40,327 nt of DNA from Acidimicrobiia bacterium. Its GTDB lineage: Bacteria > Actinomycetota > Acidimicrobiia > Spongiisociales > ZC4RG35. The stretch's first letter is position 1. Each line of letters opens with the position of its first letter. Of the stretch, positions 1 to 8,625 are shown piece by piece. Location: contig JASFVB010000002.1 in assembly GCA_050050035.1 (NCBI GenBank), forward strand, positions 1 to 40,327. The letters run 5' to 3'. The notes beneath the pieces were generated by a model. It worked only from the letters and a program-made list of their open reading frames with translations. It made no database searches and was not told the DNA's origin. Made by a program: the position numbers and the translations under genes.

Positions 1-37
1 AATCCGTCGGTTGCAGGTTCAAATCCTGCCGGGCCCA
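1..37 (+). tRNA. Partial tRNA gene, 3' end only; the 5' part lies outside the window and the isotype cannot be determined
   Basis: T-arm GCAGG/TTCAAAT/CCTGC at 13-29, a 7-nt acceptor 3' strand CGGGCCC at 30-36, and discriminator A at 37. CCA is not encoded. Confidence 0.5.
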
Positions 38-167
38 CGCGGACTGTCCGCTGCTCTGCCGCGTCCTCGCAGTGTTGACTCGTGATGGCCGTCGGTTGCA
101 GGTTCGAATCCTGCCGGGCCCACGCGGACTGTCCGCTGCTCTGCCGCGTCCTCGCTGTGTTGACTCG
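4..167 (+). repeat. Tandem direct duplication of a 79-bp unit (4-82 and 89-167, 6-bp spacer). The unit comprises the last ~34 nt of the tRNA plus 45 nt of 3' flank.
   Basis: Base-by-base comparison shows 2 mismatches: pos 21 a vs 106 g, and 71 a vs 156 t. The second copy has the T-arm (98-114) and acceptor 3' strand (115-121) but no matching 5' acceptor strand upstream, so it is not a complete tRNA. Confidence 0.9.
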
Positions 168-203
168 GCCTACCCGACAGGCAGACACCGTTGGGTGTCT
201 ACA

Positions 204-845
204 TTGCGTGGGGTGCCGACAGAATCCACTCTCCTGGTGTTCTCCGGTGTCGCGCTGGTGCTTCTGCTGGTTCCGGGGCCCGCAGTCATCTACATCACGA
301 CGACGGCGGCTACCCATGGCCGTCGCGCCGGGTTCATCTCTGTCGCTGGCATTCACCTCGGCACCTTCGTTCACATCGGCGCGGCGGTGCTCGGCCTGTC
401 GGCGATCGTCGTGACCTCTGCGACCGCGTTCACGGCGGTGAAGCTGGCAGGTGCGGTGTACTTGGTCGTGGTCGGCGCGCGGATGATGCTGGGGCGTCAG
501 GCAGGGAAGACACGACAGACCCGGTCCGGGTCCAGCGATCGACGGTTGTTCTTGCGCGGGTTTCTCGTGAACGTCCTCAATCCCAAGACGGCGGTGTTCT
601 TCCTCGCCTTCGTCCCGCAGTTCGTCGACGTGAGCGCGGGTAGTGCCACCACCCAGCTGCTCATACTGGGCCTGGCATTCGTCACGCTCGGCCTGGTGAC
701 GGATGGGATATATGCGCTCGTGGCCGGTTGGGCGGGTCCCAAGGTCCTCGGCTCGGCCGGACTGCTCCGACGCAAGGACCAGATAGCCGGAGCCATCTAC
801 GTTGGTCTTGGGGTCACGACGGCAGTGACTGGCTCGGGCGAGTGA
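204..845 (+). CDS. LysE/RhtB-family amino-acid exporter
   Basis: The translation has VPGPAVIY, the NVLNPKTAVFFLAFVPQF motif and about 6 TM segments. The track ORF starts at 72 inside the tRNA repeat. TTG 204 or GTG 213 gives a typical length of about 213 aa, so the start is uncertain. Confidence 0.8.
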   Translation: MRGVPTESTLLVFSGVALVLLLVPGPAVIYITTTAATHGRRAGFISVAGIHLGTFVHIGAAVLGLSAIVVTSATAFTAVKLAGAVYLVVVGARMMLGRQAGKTRQTRSGSSDRRLFLRGFLVNVLNPKTAVFFLAFVPQFVDVSAGSATTQLLILGLAFVTLGLVTDGIYALVAGWAGPKVLGSAGLLRRKDQIAGAIYVGLGVTTAVTGSGE

Positions 846-854
846 TTCGAGATA

Positions 855-870
855 GCGGGGCCGACCCCGC
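855..870 (+). terminator. GC-rich hairpin GCGGGG-CCGA-CCCCGC just after the LysE stop
   Basis: Perfect 6-bp stem with a 4-nt loop, 10 nt after the stop. No U-tract follows, so this is weak as an intrinsic terminator. Confidence 0.35.
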
Positions 871-911
871 GCGGGTAATGTCCGGCCACCGTTCGACGTA
901 GGAGGTAACAG

Positions 912-1292
912 ATGGGGTTCCTTGACTTCTTCTGGCTCATGTTGTGGTTCTTCCTGTGGATCATCTGGATCTGGCTCTTGATCAAGGTGTTCGCAGACAT
1001 CTTCCGTTCCGACGTGTCGGGTTGGGCGAAGGCCGGCTGGATGGTCTTTGTGCTGATCCTTCCCTATCTGGGTGTCTTCGTGTATCTGATAACCCAGGGC
1101 AAGGCCATGGCCGAGCGGGACGTCGCCACGGCGCAGGCCATCGAGAAGGCACAGCGTGACTACATCAAGGACGCAGCCGGTACCGGGGGAGGCGGAGTGG
1201 CCTCCGAGCTGGAGAAGCTGGCAGGTCTGAGAGACAAGGGAGTCCTCAGCGCAGAAGAGTTCGAGGCCCAGAAGGCGAAGCTGTTGGCGTAG
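912..1292 (+). CDS. Small membrane protein with a PLD-nuclease-N-like TM region and a C-terminal SHOCT domain
   Basis: N-terminus reads FFWLMLWFFLWIIWIWLLIKVFADIF...LPYLGVFVYL and the C-terminus reads LRDKGVLSAEEFEAQKAKLL (SHOCT signature). An AGGAGG RBS lies at 899-904. Confidence 0.8.
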   Translation: MGFLDFFWLMLWFFLWIIWIWLLIKVFADIFRSDVSGWAKAGWMVFVLILPYLGVFVYLITQGKAMAERDVATAQAIEKAQRDYIKDAAGTGGGGVASELEKLAGLRDKGVLSAEEFEAQKAKLLA

Positions 1293-1326
1293 ACGCTGGC
1301 GCACCTCTGTCTGAGGGCAATTCGGG

Positions 1327-2028
1327 ATGGCGGCCGAGCAGGACAAGCAGCTCGCTCTGGGAGCATCAGACCGGATCGAGCTGCTCGCGACCATCGTGAT
1401 GGCTGCGGCCGCCATTCTCACGGCCTGGGCTGCGTTTCAAAGCTCCAAATGGAGCGGTGTCCAGGCCATCGAGTACTCCAGCGCGAACGCGGCCCGGATC
1501 GAATCGACGAGGCTCGACACACAGGCCGGCCAGCTCACCTCGATCGACGTCGACGTGTTCCTGTCTTGGCTCGAGGCCGTGCAATCCGAGCTAGACCGGG
1601 GGTTGGAGGTCGTCACGGACGACGGCTATGTGCCGCTGGAAGGCACGTTGTCCGCCTTCTTCTATGAGCGAATGCGTGACGAGTTCAGACCGGCCCTCGA
1701 CACCTGGTTGGCCGACAGGCCATTGCTCAACCCCGATGCCCCGGCGACACCGTTCGACACCGGGGAGTACGAGCTGGAAGCGGCGCGGGCAGCGGACGAC
1801 AAACTCAGCGAAGCCAGTGAGCACACTTCGCTGGCACTCGATGCAAATCAGAACTCCGACAGCCACGTCCTGGTGGCCGTTGCGCTCGCGCTCGCCATCT
1901 TCTTCGCCGGTGTCAGCTCGAAGCTGGAAGCACGTCGCAATCGATGGATCGCGATAGCCCTGGCCACTCTGATCTTCCTGGGTGCTGCCGCGACTCTGGC
2001 CGCCCTGCCCAAGGTCTCGCCCTTCTAG
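1327..2028 (+). CDS. Hypothetical membrane protein (N- and C-terminal TM helices, acidic middle region)
   Basis: Long ORF with GC-rich third codon positions and TM segments at both ends. I do not recognise a family. Confidence 0.6.
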   Translation: MAAEQDKQLALGASDRIELLATIVMAAAAILTAWAAFQSSKWSGVQAIEYSSANAARIESTRLDTQAGQLTSIDVDVFLSWLEAVQSELDRGLEVVTDDGYVPLEGTLSAFFYERMRDEFRPALDTWLADRPLLNPDAPATPFDTGEYELEAARAADDKLSEASEHTSLALDANQNSDSHVLVAVALALAIFFAGVSSKLEARRNRWIAIALATLIFLGAAATLAALPKVSPF

Positions 2029-2357
2029 CTCGGCGGACCATCGTCGAGGTCTGACCTGCGTCTCTCGACCGTTCTGGCGACCAGGAAGTTGAGGAACGCG
2101 AGTATGAAGCCGACCCCGGTCAGGATCAGGATGATGGTGAACCCGCGGGACAACGGGCTCGACGGTGCGAAGTCCCCGTAGCCGACGGTGGTGAGGGTGA
2201 CGACGGTGAAGTAGAGGGAATCCAAGACACTCCATCGTTCCACCCAGGTGTAGAAGACGGTGCTGAAGGCGAATATCGTCAGAATCCCCAGCAGCATCCG
2301 ACGCCCAAGAGGGCTGCCCCACAACTCGCGCAACGTTGCCAGGACCTCACGGATCAT
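2025..2357 (-). CDS. Minimal two-TM potassium channel (KcsA-like pore only)
   Basis: Selectivity filter TTVGYGD is flanked by two TM helices. The protein is 110 aa with no cytoplasmic gating domain. Confidence 0.85.
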   Translation of the reverse strand: MIREVLATLRELWGSPLGRRMLLGILTIFAFSTVFYTWVERWSVLDSLYFTVVTLTTVGYGDFAPSSPLSRGFTIILILTGVGFILAFLNFLVARTVERRRSDLDDGPPS

Positions 2358-3324
2358 CGATCGACACCTCTCTTCTGGCGTGGCTCTCGTCGTGTCCGGG
2401 GATGTAGAGGTCGGGTTCGATGTAGATCTGCATCTCTAGTGGGACCGACCCGCGAAGTGCTGCCTCGACCTCGTCGATGGCCACGGTGAGCTGGGGGTTC
2501 GTGAGAGAACGGTCGAATTCGATCTTGCCGGCTACCAACAGTTCCTCGGGGCCGAGATGTTGAGTGCGGAGGTCGATCACCCTGGAGACGGTACCGACGC
2601 CGGCAACCGCGGCCCACATGGCGGAGACATGTTCCTGCGTGGCGGCCTCACCGATCAAGAGCGACTTCATCTCGATCGTCAACACCACCGAGATCGATAT
2701 GAGCAGAATGCCAATCGAGAGCGTGCCCAGCCCGTCCCAAAGTGTGTCGCCGGTGACGGCCGTCAGCCCGACCCCGCCCAGAGCGAGGACCAACCCGATG
2801 AGCGCCCCAGCATCCTCCAACAGGACCACTGGAAGCTCAGGTGTCCGGGACGACCTGACGAATCTCCACCACGACCGGGAGCCCTTGACCTGTCTCGCCG
2901 TCACCACCGCCGTGTGGAAGCTCCATGCCTCGGCGGCGATGGCGAACAGGAGCACGCCTATGGCCCATCCCACGGATTCGATCTCGTGAGGATGCCGGAT
3001 CTTCTCGATGCCCTCGTACATCGAGAAGAGCCCACCCAGGGCGAAGAGGACCATCGCCACGACGAATGCCCAGAAGTAGCGCTCACGACCAAAGCCGAAC
3101 TGATGCCTGTCGTCGGCGATCCTTCTCGCCCGATGCCCGCCAATCAGCAACAGCCCTTGGTTCGAGGTGTCGGCCACCGAGTGGATCGACTCTGCGAGCA
3201 TCGATGCCGAGCCTGTCACGACATATGCGACCAATTTCGCGACCGCGATTCCCGCATTCGCGGCCATTGCCGCGAAGATCGCCCGAGTACTGCCGCCAGC
3301 CGCCATGACGGCAGTATGGCCCAT
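2347..3324 (-). CDS. Cation diffusion facilitator (CDF) family metal efflux transporter
   Basis: From MGHTAVMAAGG onward the translation has the CDF signature LAESIHSVADTSNQ, FGFGRERYFWAF, 6 TM segments and a C-terminal cytoplasmic domain. The 494-aa track ORF is an upstream extension that runs antisense into otsA. ATG 3324 (or 3306) is the plausible start. Confidence 0.85.
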   Translation of the reverse strand: MGHTAVMAAGGSTRAIFAAMAANAGIAVAKLVAYVVTGSASMLAESIHSVADTSNQGLLLIGGHRARRIADDRHQFGFGRERYFWAFVVAMVLFALGGLFSMYEGIEKIRHPHEIESVGWAIGVLLFAIAAEAWSFHTAVVTARQVKGSRSWWRFVRSSRTPELPVVLLEDAGALIGLVLALGGVGLTAVTGDTLWDGLGTLSIGILLISISVVLTIEMKSLLIGEAATQEHVSAMWAAVAGVGTVSRVIDLRTQHLGPEELLVAGKIEFDRSLTNPQLTVAIDEVEAALRGSVPLEMQIYIEPDLYIPGHDESHARREVSIDDP

Positions 3325-3348
3325 TGCCGAGTTGGATAGGTTGAGCCC

Positions 3349-4725
3349 GTGAACCAGAACGGAAGAAGCGTCGTAGTCGTCGCCAACCGGCTTCCGGTGA
3401 CCTTCAGCGACGAGACAGGGGAGTGGAGTACGAGCCCCGGAGGGCTCGTTTCCGCGCTCACTCCGATCCTGCAGAGGACGCACGGCAGCTGGGTAGGCTG
3501 GAGTGGGGTTGCGGGCCAGGACTTCGAACCCTTCTCTCACAATGGCATCAGACAGGTGCCGGTCACCCTGGAGCAGAAGGACTACGAGGAGTTCTACGTC
3601 GGCTTCTGCAACGGGACACTTTGGCCGCTCTACCACGACGCCGTGCGGGCCCCGCAGTTTCATCGTCATTGGTGGCGTCCCTACTACGCCATCAACGAGC
3701 GATTCGCCGTGGTAGCGGCTGCGACGCTGACCCCCGACGACATCGCCTGGGTGCAGGACTATCAACTCCAGTTGGTTCCGCGGATGATCCGGACTCTGAC
3801 AAAGGTGCACAGGATCGGCTTCTATCTGCACATACCGTTCCCACCGATGGAGCTTTTCGCCAAGCTGCCGTGGCGGAGACGGGTCCTGGAAGGTCTCCTT
3901 GGAGCGGACGTGCTCGCATTCCAGTCGAGGACCAGTCGACGCAACTTCGCCTATGCGGCGCGAGAGCTGGCCGGGGCAGGTGGCACGTCAACCCGACTCG
4001 AATGGGATGGGCGGGAGATCGCGCTCCAAGTCGCTCCGATCGGGATTGACACCTCCGCCTTCGAGGACCTCGCCAAGTCGGAGGAGACAGCGACGGCAGC
4101 CAGGAAGATCCGGGCACGTCTCGGCGCTCCAGAGACCGTCATCCTGGGTGTCGACCGGCTCGACTACACCAAGGGCATCGATTTGAGGATGCGGGCACTC
4201 AAGACGCTCCTGGATCGTCGCCCGGATCTGGTGGGCAAGGTCTCATTCGTGCAGATCGCGGTCCCGAGCCGGGAGGATGTCGAGGAGTACAAGCTGATGA
4301 GAGGTCGGATCGACGGTCTCGTCGGCCGGATCAACGGTGACTTCGGCGAGGTGGGGCGGCCACCGATTCACTATCTCTACCGGAGCGTGCCGTTGGAGGA
4401 GCTCGTCGCCTACTACCGAGCCGCCGACGTGATGTTCGTGACACCGCTTCGCGACGGGATGAACCTCGTGGCCAAGGAGTACGTGGCGACTCGTTTCGAC
4501 GACACCGGTTCCCTGATCCTGTCTGAGTTCGCCGGGGCCGCCGAACACATGAGGCAGGCACACATAGTCAATCCCTACGACCTGGACGGGCTTGCCAAGA
4601 CACTCGAGCAGGCGATCGACGGCTCGGACGGCGTCGGGACGCATATGCGGGCCCTTCGACGCTCCGTGCGTTCGCACGACGTCTTTTGGTGGGCCGATCG
4701 GTGTCTGGGGGCTCTCGACCTTTGA
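3349..4725 (+). CDS. otsA: Alpha,alpha-trehalose-phosphate synthase (GT20)
   Basis: [11 protein letters not shown]-terminus, plus GFFLHIPFP-like ([10 protein letters not shown]), [12 protein letters not shown] and [13 protein letters not shown] motifs. GTG start. Confidence 0.9.
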   Translation: MNQNGRSVVVVANRLPVTFSDETGEWSTSPGGLVSALTPILQRTHGSWVGWSGVAGQDFEPFSHNGIRQVPVTLEQKDYEEFYVGFCNGTLWPLYHDAVRAPQFHRHWWRPYYAINERFAVVAAATLTPDDIAWVQDYQLQLVPRMIRTLTKVHRIGFYLHIPFPPMELFAKLPWRRRVLEGLLGADVLAFQSRTSRRNFAYAARELAGAGGTSTRLEWDGREIALQVAPIGIDTSAFEDLAKSEETATAARKIRARLGAPETVILGVDRLDYTKGIDLRMRALKTLLDRRPDLVGKVSFVQIAVPSREDVEEYKLMRGRIDGLVGRINGDFGEVGRPPIHYLYRSVPLEELVAYYRAADVMFVTPLRDGMNLVAKEYVATRFDDTGSLILSEFAGAAEHMRQAHIVNPYDLDGLAKTLEQAIDGSDGVGTHMRALRRSVRSHDVFWWADRCLGALDL

Positions 4726-5468
4726 GTCTCCGGGAGGCAGTCGATGAGCTGATGGCTCGGGACCGGGTTCTGGTGGGAACCGACTTCGACGGAGTGGTCG
4801 CGCCCTTGGTCCAGACTCCCGACGAGTCGGTGCCGGACCCCCGTGCAATGGCGCTGTTGGCCGGTTTGGGTGGTCGGAGAGGTGTTCAGGTCGCTGTGGT
4901 CTCGGGTCGAGCTCGCGACGACCTCGCAGTTCGTCTCGGTGAGCTGCCGGGTGCGATCCTGGTGGGAGAGCATGGCAACGACATGGGGCAGGTCGTCGAG
5001 ATTCCCCAGGTACTTGGCGAGGCGCGTCGGTTCATCCACGAGCTGCATGGCAACATGCCGGAGGCGACCGTCGAGGACAAGCGGATGTCGGTGACCTTTC
5101 ACACCCGCAACCTCGACAATCGGCGAAGTGCGGCGGCGAGTAGCGCCATTCGGGATTGGGTCGGCGGTCGCCGGGGCATAGCGCTTCTGGAAGGCAAGGA
5201 GGTGTGCGAGCTCACGGTGGCGACGCGCACCAAGGGCGATGCGATGCGAGACCTGGCCAAAGACGTCGACGGTGTCGCCTACCTCGGCGACGACTTGACC
5301 GACGAGACGGTGTTCGAGTGGCTGCGGCCCACAGACGTCGGAATCAAGGTCGGCCCCGGCGAGACGGCCGCCGAATACCGGGTTGGCGACGTGTCGGGCG
5401 TGGTCGAGGTGCTCGAGTGGATGACGTCGGCTCGAGTGAGAGTCGAAGCAGGGATCGTTGATGGTTGA
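4722..5468 (+). CDS. otsB: Trehalose-phosphatase (HAD superfamily)
   Basis: VLVGTDFDGVVAP motif I and a GDDLTDE motif. Candidate starts are GTG 4686, TTG 4722 (TTGA overlap with the otsA stop) and ATG 4752; the start is uncertain. Confidence 0.8.
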   Translation: MSLREAVDELMARDRVLVGTDFDGVVAPLVQTPDESVPDPRAMALLAGLGGRRGVQVAVVSGRARDDLAVRLGELPGAILVGEHGNDMGQVVEIPQVLGEARRFIHELHGNMPEATVEDKRMSVTFHTRNLDNRRSAAASSAIRDWVGGRRGIALLEGKEVCELTVATRTKGDAMRDLAKDVDGVAYLGDDLTDETVFEWLRPTDVGIKVGPGETAAEYRVGDVSGVVEVLEWMTSARVRVEAGIVDG

Positions 5469-7014
5469 GCAGAGAGGTCGTCTCGACGGCATCCTGGGAA
5501 CGGATCAGTACCAACTCACCATGGCACAGGTCTACTGGAAGGAGGGCCTGGCCGAGAGACCCGCCCAGTTCGACTACTTCTTCCGGAGATACCCCGACTA
5601 CGGGACACACCAGGCGGGCTATTGCGTCACAGGCGGCCTCGGATGGCTCCTCGAGTGGATGGAGAACGTTCGTTTCGAGAAGGCCGACCTGGAGTTGCTC
5701 GGTGACCAAGAGACGTCTCAGGGGGAAAGACGCTTCGACTCGGGATTCCTGGACTGGCTCGCCGACCATGGCGATCTGTCCGGAATCGACGTCGAAGCGG
5801 TACCCGAGGGTCGCGTCGTCCATGCCCATGCGCCGATTGCGACCGTTCGCGGTCCCATCGCCATGACACAGATCCTCGAGACGCCGTTTCTCAACAGAAT
5901 GAACTACCCGACCCTCATCGCGACCAAGGCGGCCCGTGTGACGGACGCTGCGCGCGGCCGCAACGTGCTCGAGTTCGGGATGCGCAGGGGACCCGAATCC
6001 GGTGCCCATGCTGGAGGAAGGGCGGCACTGGTGGGGGGAGCCGATTTCTCGTCGAACGTCGCTCTCTCGCATCTGCTGGGGCTCGACCCGAAGGGGACAC
6101 ACGGCCACTCGATGGTGCAGGCGTTCATGGCCCTCGGCGACTCCGAGCTCGAGGCGTTCAGGAGGTACGCGGCCATCTATCCGGACGAATGCATCCTCCT
6201 GGTCGACACCATCGACGTCGAGCGGTCGGGTGTGCCGAACGCCATCGCCGTCTTCACCGAGCTCAGGGCCTCGGGACACCAGCCGGTAGGCATAAGGATC
6301 GACTCTGGAGACCTGGCCTACATGGCGATCCAGGCGGCGCTGCTTCTCGACGAGGCCGGATTCGAGGACGTGGCGATAGTCCTGTCCTCGGACCTGGATG
6401 AGCTGGTGATCTGGCAGATACTGTCCCAGCTGGAGACGGAGGCGCCCCGTTACGGGCTCGACCCCGATTCGCTCGTGGCACGTCTCACGTTCGGCGTGGG
6501 GACACGGCTCATCACCTCTCACGGCGATTCCGCCCTTGGAGGCGTCTACAAGCTCGTGGCCATCGACGACGCAAGAGGCACGATGCGTCCGGCCCTGAAG
6601 ATCTCGGAGAACACCGAGAAGATGGCCGTTCCCGGGGACAAGCGGGTGTTGCGGCTGTACGACGACCGGGGGCTGGCGACCGCTGACATCGTGGCCGCGG
6701 GTGACGAGGACCCGCTGGTAGCGGAGAGGCTGGAGCTGTTCCATCCGCACCGCGAGGCGCATCGTGTGCTCGAGACCTCCTCTCTGTCCGGCTCGGAGGA
6801 TCTGCTTCGGCCGGTGTTCACGGATGGGAGGCGTGCGGATGGTGCGCCTGGTCTGGACGAGCTCCGTGAACGACGGCGCCGGGACCTGGAACGGCTCGAT
6901 CCTGGTGTGCGACGGTTGGTCAACCCCCACATCTATCACGTCTCACTGACCCGTCGCGTGAAGGAGCTCCAGAGCAGGCTGGTGGGCGAGCTAGGTCACG
7001 ACGACGCCGGCTGA
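5461..7014 (+). CDS. pncB: Nicotinate phosphoribosyltransferase
   Basis: TDQYQLTMAQVYW N-terminus, GTHGHSMVQAF and IRIDSGDL motifs. ATG 5461 overlaps the otsB stop (5466-5468) by 8 nt. Confidence 0.9.
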   Translation: MVEQRGRLDGILGTDQYQLTMAQVYWKEGLAERPAQFDYFFRRYPDYGTHQAGYCVTGGLGWLLEWMENVRFEKADLELLGDQETSQGERRFDSGFLDWLADHGDLSGIDVEAVPEGRVVHAHAPIATVRGPIAMTQILETPFLNRMNYPTLIATKAARVTDAARGRNVLEFGMRRGPESGAHAGGRAALVGGADFSSNVALSHLLGLDPKGTHGHSMVQAFMALGDSELEAFRRYAAIYPDECILLVDTIDVERSGVPNAIAVFTELRASGHQPVGIRIDSGDLAYMAIQAALLLDEAGFEDVAIVLSSDLDELVIWQILSQLETEAPRYGLDPDSLVARLTFGVGTRLITSHGDSALGGVYKLVAIDDARGTMRPALKISENTEKMAVPGDKRVLRLYDDRGLATADIVAAGDEDPLVAERLELFHPHREAHRVLETSSLSGSEDLLRPVFTDGRRADGAPGLDELRERRRRDLERLDPGVRRLVNPHIYHVSLTRRVKELQSRLVGELGHDDAG

Positions 7015-7569
7015 GACCAACTCCGCAACCGCGCGTGCTCCGTCCCCTGCCTTCAGCCCGACCGCTCGTGTGCCGTCGGCGAGGAGGATTGTCTCGAACC
7101 GTTTCACCGCATCGAGTGCTGTCTCCTTGACGCAGTAGTCCAGCGCGAGACCGACCACTACCACTCGGTCGATGCCGTCGAGCTGTTCGAACAGACCGGT
7201 GGAGCCGGTCTCTCCCGTGAGAGGGTCGCGGAGACTGAACGCCGAGTAGCCGTCTTCACCTTCCGTCCCTTTCTTGATGACGATGGCGTCATCGGCGACG
7301 TCGAGGTCCGGGTGGAACTCAGCTCCGAGCGTGTCCCTGACGCAATGCACCGGCCAGATGCCGCCCTCGGTGACGAAGTGCGGAGTCGACGGCGGATGCC
7401 AATCCTGGCTGTAGACGAGCCGGGCTCCGGCGGATAGCGCCTCAGTGATCTGCTCGTTGACGTATGGGACCACGTCTTCGCCGGACGGAACGTACAGAGA
7501 GCCTGTCGGATCGGCGAAGTCGTTCTGTACATCGACGACAATCAGAGCGGTCGACGAGTTGTAAGTCAT
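6991..7569 (-). CDS. pncA: Nicotinamidase/pyrazinamidase (isochorismatase family)
   Basis: ALIVVDVQNDFADP, WPVHCV and LALDYCV (catalytic Cys) motifs. Convergent with pncB, and the 3' ends overlap by 24 nt. Confidence 0.85.
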   Translation of the reverse strand: MTYNSSTALIVVDVQNDFADPTGSLYVPSGEDVVPYVNEQITEALSAGARLVYSQDWHPPSTPHFVTEGGIWPVHCVRDTLGAEFHPDLDVADDAIVIKKGTEGEDGYSAFSLRDPLTGETGSTGLFEQLDGIDRVVVVGLALDYCVKETALDAVKRFETILLADGTRAVGLKAGDGARAVAELVSAGVVVT

Positions 7570-7600
7570 GCACTCAAAGCTAGCTCTAGGCTGGCCGACC

Positions 7601-8380
7601 GTGGATCAGCCGGCACAGCTCCAGCCCTGGAAGCTGGTCGTCATAGGGCTTGGAGCCGGTCTGGTGGGAGGAGGCCTGGGAGTCGGCGGCGGAATCGTCC
7701 TCGTTCCAATGCTGTTGGCCGTGGGGGCTCAACGACATCGAGCGCACGCCACTTCGCTTGCCGCCATCGTCCTGATAGCCGTATCGGGAGCCGTGTCATT
7801 CGGCGTATCCGGCGAGCTCGACATCGTCCTCGGCATCACGATCGGCGTCGGCGGTGTGGTCGGGTCGACGGTTGGGGCGTCGGTGATGCATCGGGCGAGC
7901 GCTCGCACTCTGACCGTCGTCTTCGCCGTGGTTCTCCTGGTGGCGGGGATTCGACTCATCGCAGGCGCCGATCCAGTGGCCGGCACCTCGGGATTGTCCA
8001 ACGCCGGTGAGACGGCCATCGCCCTGGGAGTCGGTGTCGTCGCCGGCTTCTTCGCAGGGCTGGCCGGAATCGGTGGCGGTGTGGTGATCGTCCCGTCGGC
8101 CGTGCTTCTCTTGGGTCTCGAGCAACACGAGGCCCAAGGCACGTCCCTGGTCGCCATCGTCTTGACCGCTCTCGCCGGCTCGTATGTGAACTTCAGAAAC
8201 CAAAGAGTCCGCCCAATGGACGGACTCATGGTCGGGGTCGGCGGTGTCGTCGGTGCGTTGACCGGTGCGCGTGTTGCCCTTGGAGTCGAGGCACGCACCT
8301 TGTCGCTCGTATTCGGCTTCCTGGTGTTGTTCGTCGCGCTTCGGTCGTTGTACCGCGTCTACCGCCAACCGGCCGTCTAG
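7601..8380 (+). CDS. TauE/SafE (DUF81) family anion exporter membrane protein
   Basis: Two internally repeated halves with GxGGG motifs (GGGLGVGGGIVLVP and LAGIGGGVVIVP). GTG 7601 is preferred; ATG 7568 would overlap the pncA start codon. Confidence 0.8.
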   Translation: MDQPAQLQPWKLVVIGLGAGLVGGGLGVGGGIVLVPMLLAVGAQRHRAHATSLAAIVLIAVSGAVSFGVSGELDIVLGITIGVGGVVGSTVGASVMHRASARTLTVVFAVVLLVAGIRLIAGADPVAGTSGLSNAGETAIALGVGVVAGFFAGLAGIGGGVVIVPSAVLLLGLEQHEAQGTSLVAIVLTALAGSYVNFRNQRVRPMDGLMVGVGGVVGALTGARVALGVEARTLSLVFGFLVLFVALRSLYRVYRQPAV

Positions 8381-8610
8381 CTCGACTGCGACTCCTCTGA
8401 GTCCTCGTCTGACCGTCTGGCCCGCCAAACGAGCGGAGCCAGCACTGCGACGCCGACTGCGATGAACAGGAGTGGCCACACCCACGCGCTGGCGTCGGTG
8501 AACGCATCGATGATGTCACTCGGCTCCGGCAACACCAGGAAGGCGAGACCGATGCCCGTGGCCACCGCTCCCGTGATGAATGACAGAGCGTCGAAATCGT
8601 GCAGTTTCAT
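8377..8610 (-). CDS. Small two-TM membrane protein downstream of the PspC-domain gene
   Basis: 77 aa with two hydrophobic helices and an acidic tail, on the same strand 15 nt after the PspC-domain gene stop. No family recognised. Confidence 0.45.
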   Translation of the reverse strand: MKLHDFDALSFITGAVATGIGLAFLVLPEPSDIIDAFTDASAWVWPLLFIAVGVAVLAPLVWRARRSDEDSEESQSS

Positions 8611-8625
8611 GTCAGTGACCTTTCT

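Noticed and set aside
72-203. The upstream extension of the LysE ORF, and overlapping ORFs 82-414 and 191-643.
   Set aside because: The extension is encoded by the tRNA-derived tandem repeat and adds an Arg/Pro-rich tail not found in LysE proteins. The other two ORFs are off-frame shadows.
3325-3831. The N-terminal 169-aa extension of the CDF ORF (track ORF 2347-3831).
   Set aside because: The extension runs antisense through the conserved N-terminus of otsA and has no CDF-like sequence. The CDF family sequence starts at Met 3324.
5344-6939. A 531-aa ORF antisense to pncB. Similar long shadow ORFs occur at 25374-26342(-), 15885-16697(-), 19248-20201(+), 20253-21149(+), 22500-23321(-), 38037-38987(-) and 12373-13101(-).
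   Set aside because: These are typical GC-rich antisense or off-frame shadow ORFs. Their translations are Arg/Pro/Gly-rich and low in complexity, with no recognisable motifs. Each lies entirely within a gene that has strong family signatures on the other strand or in another frame.
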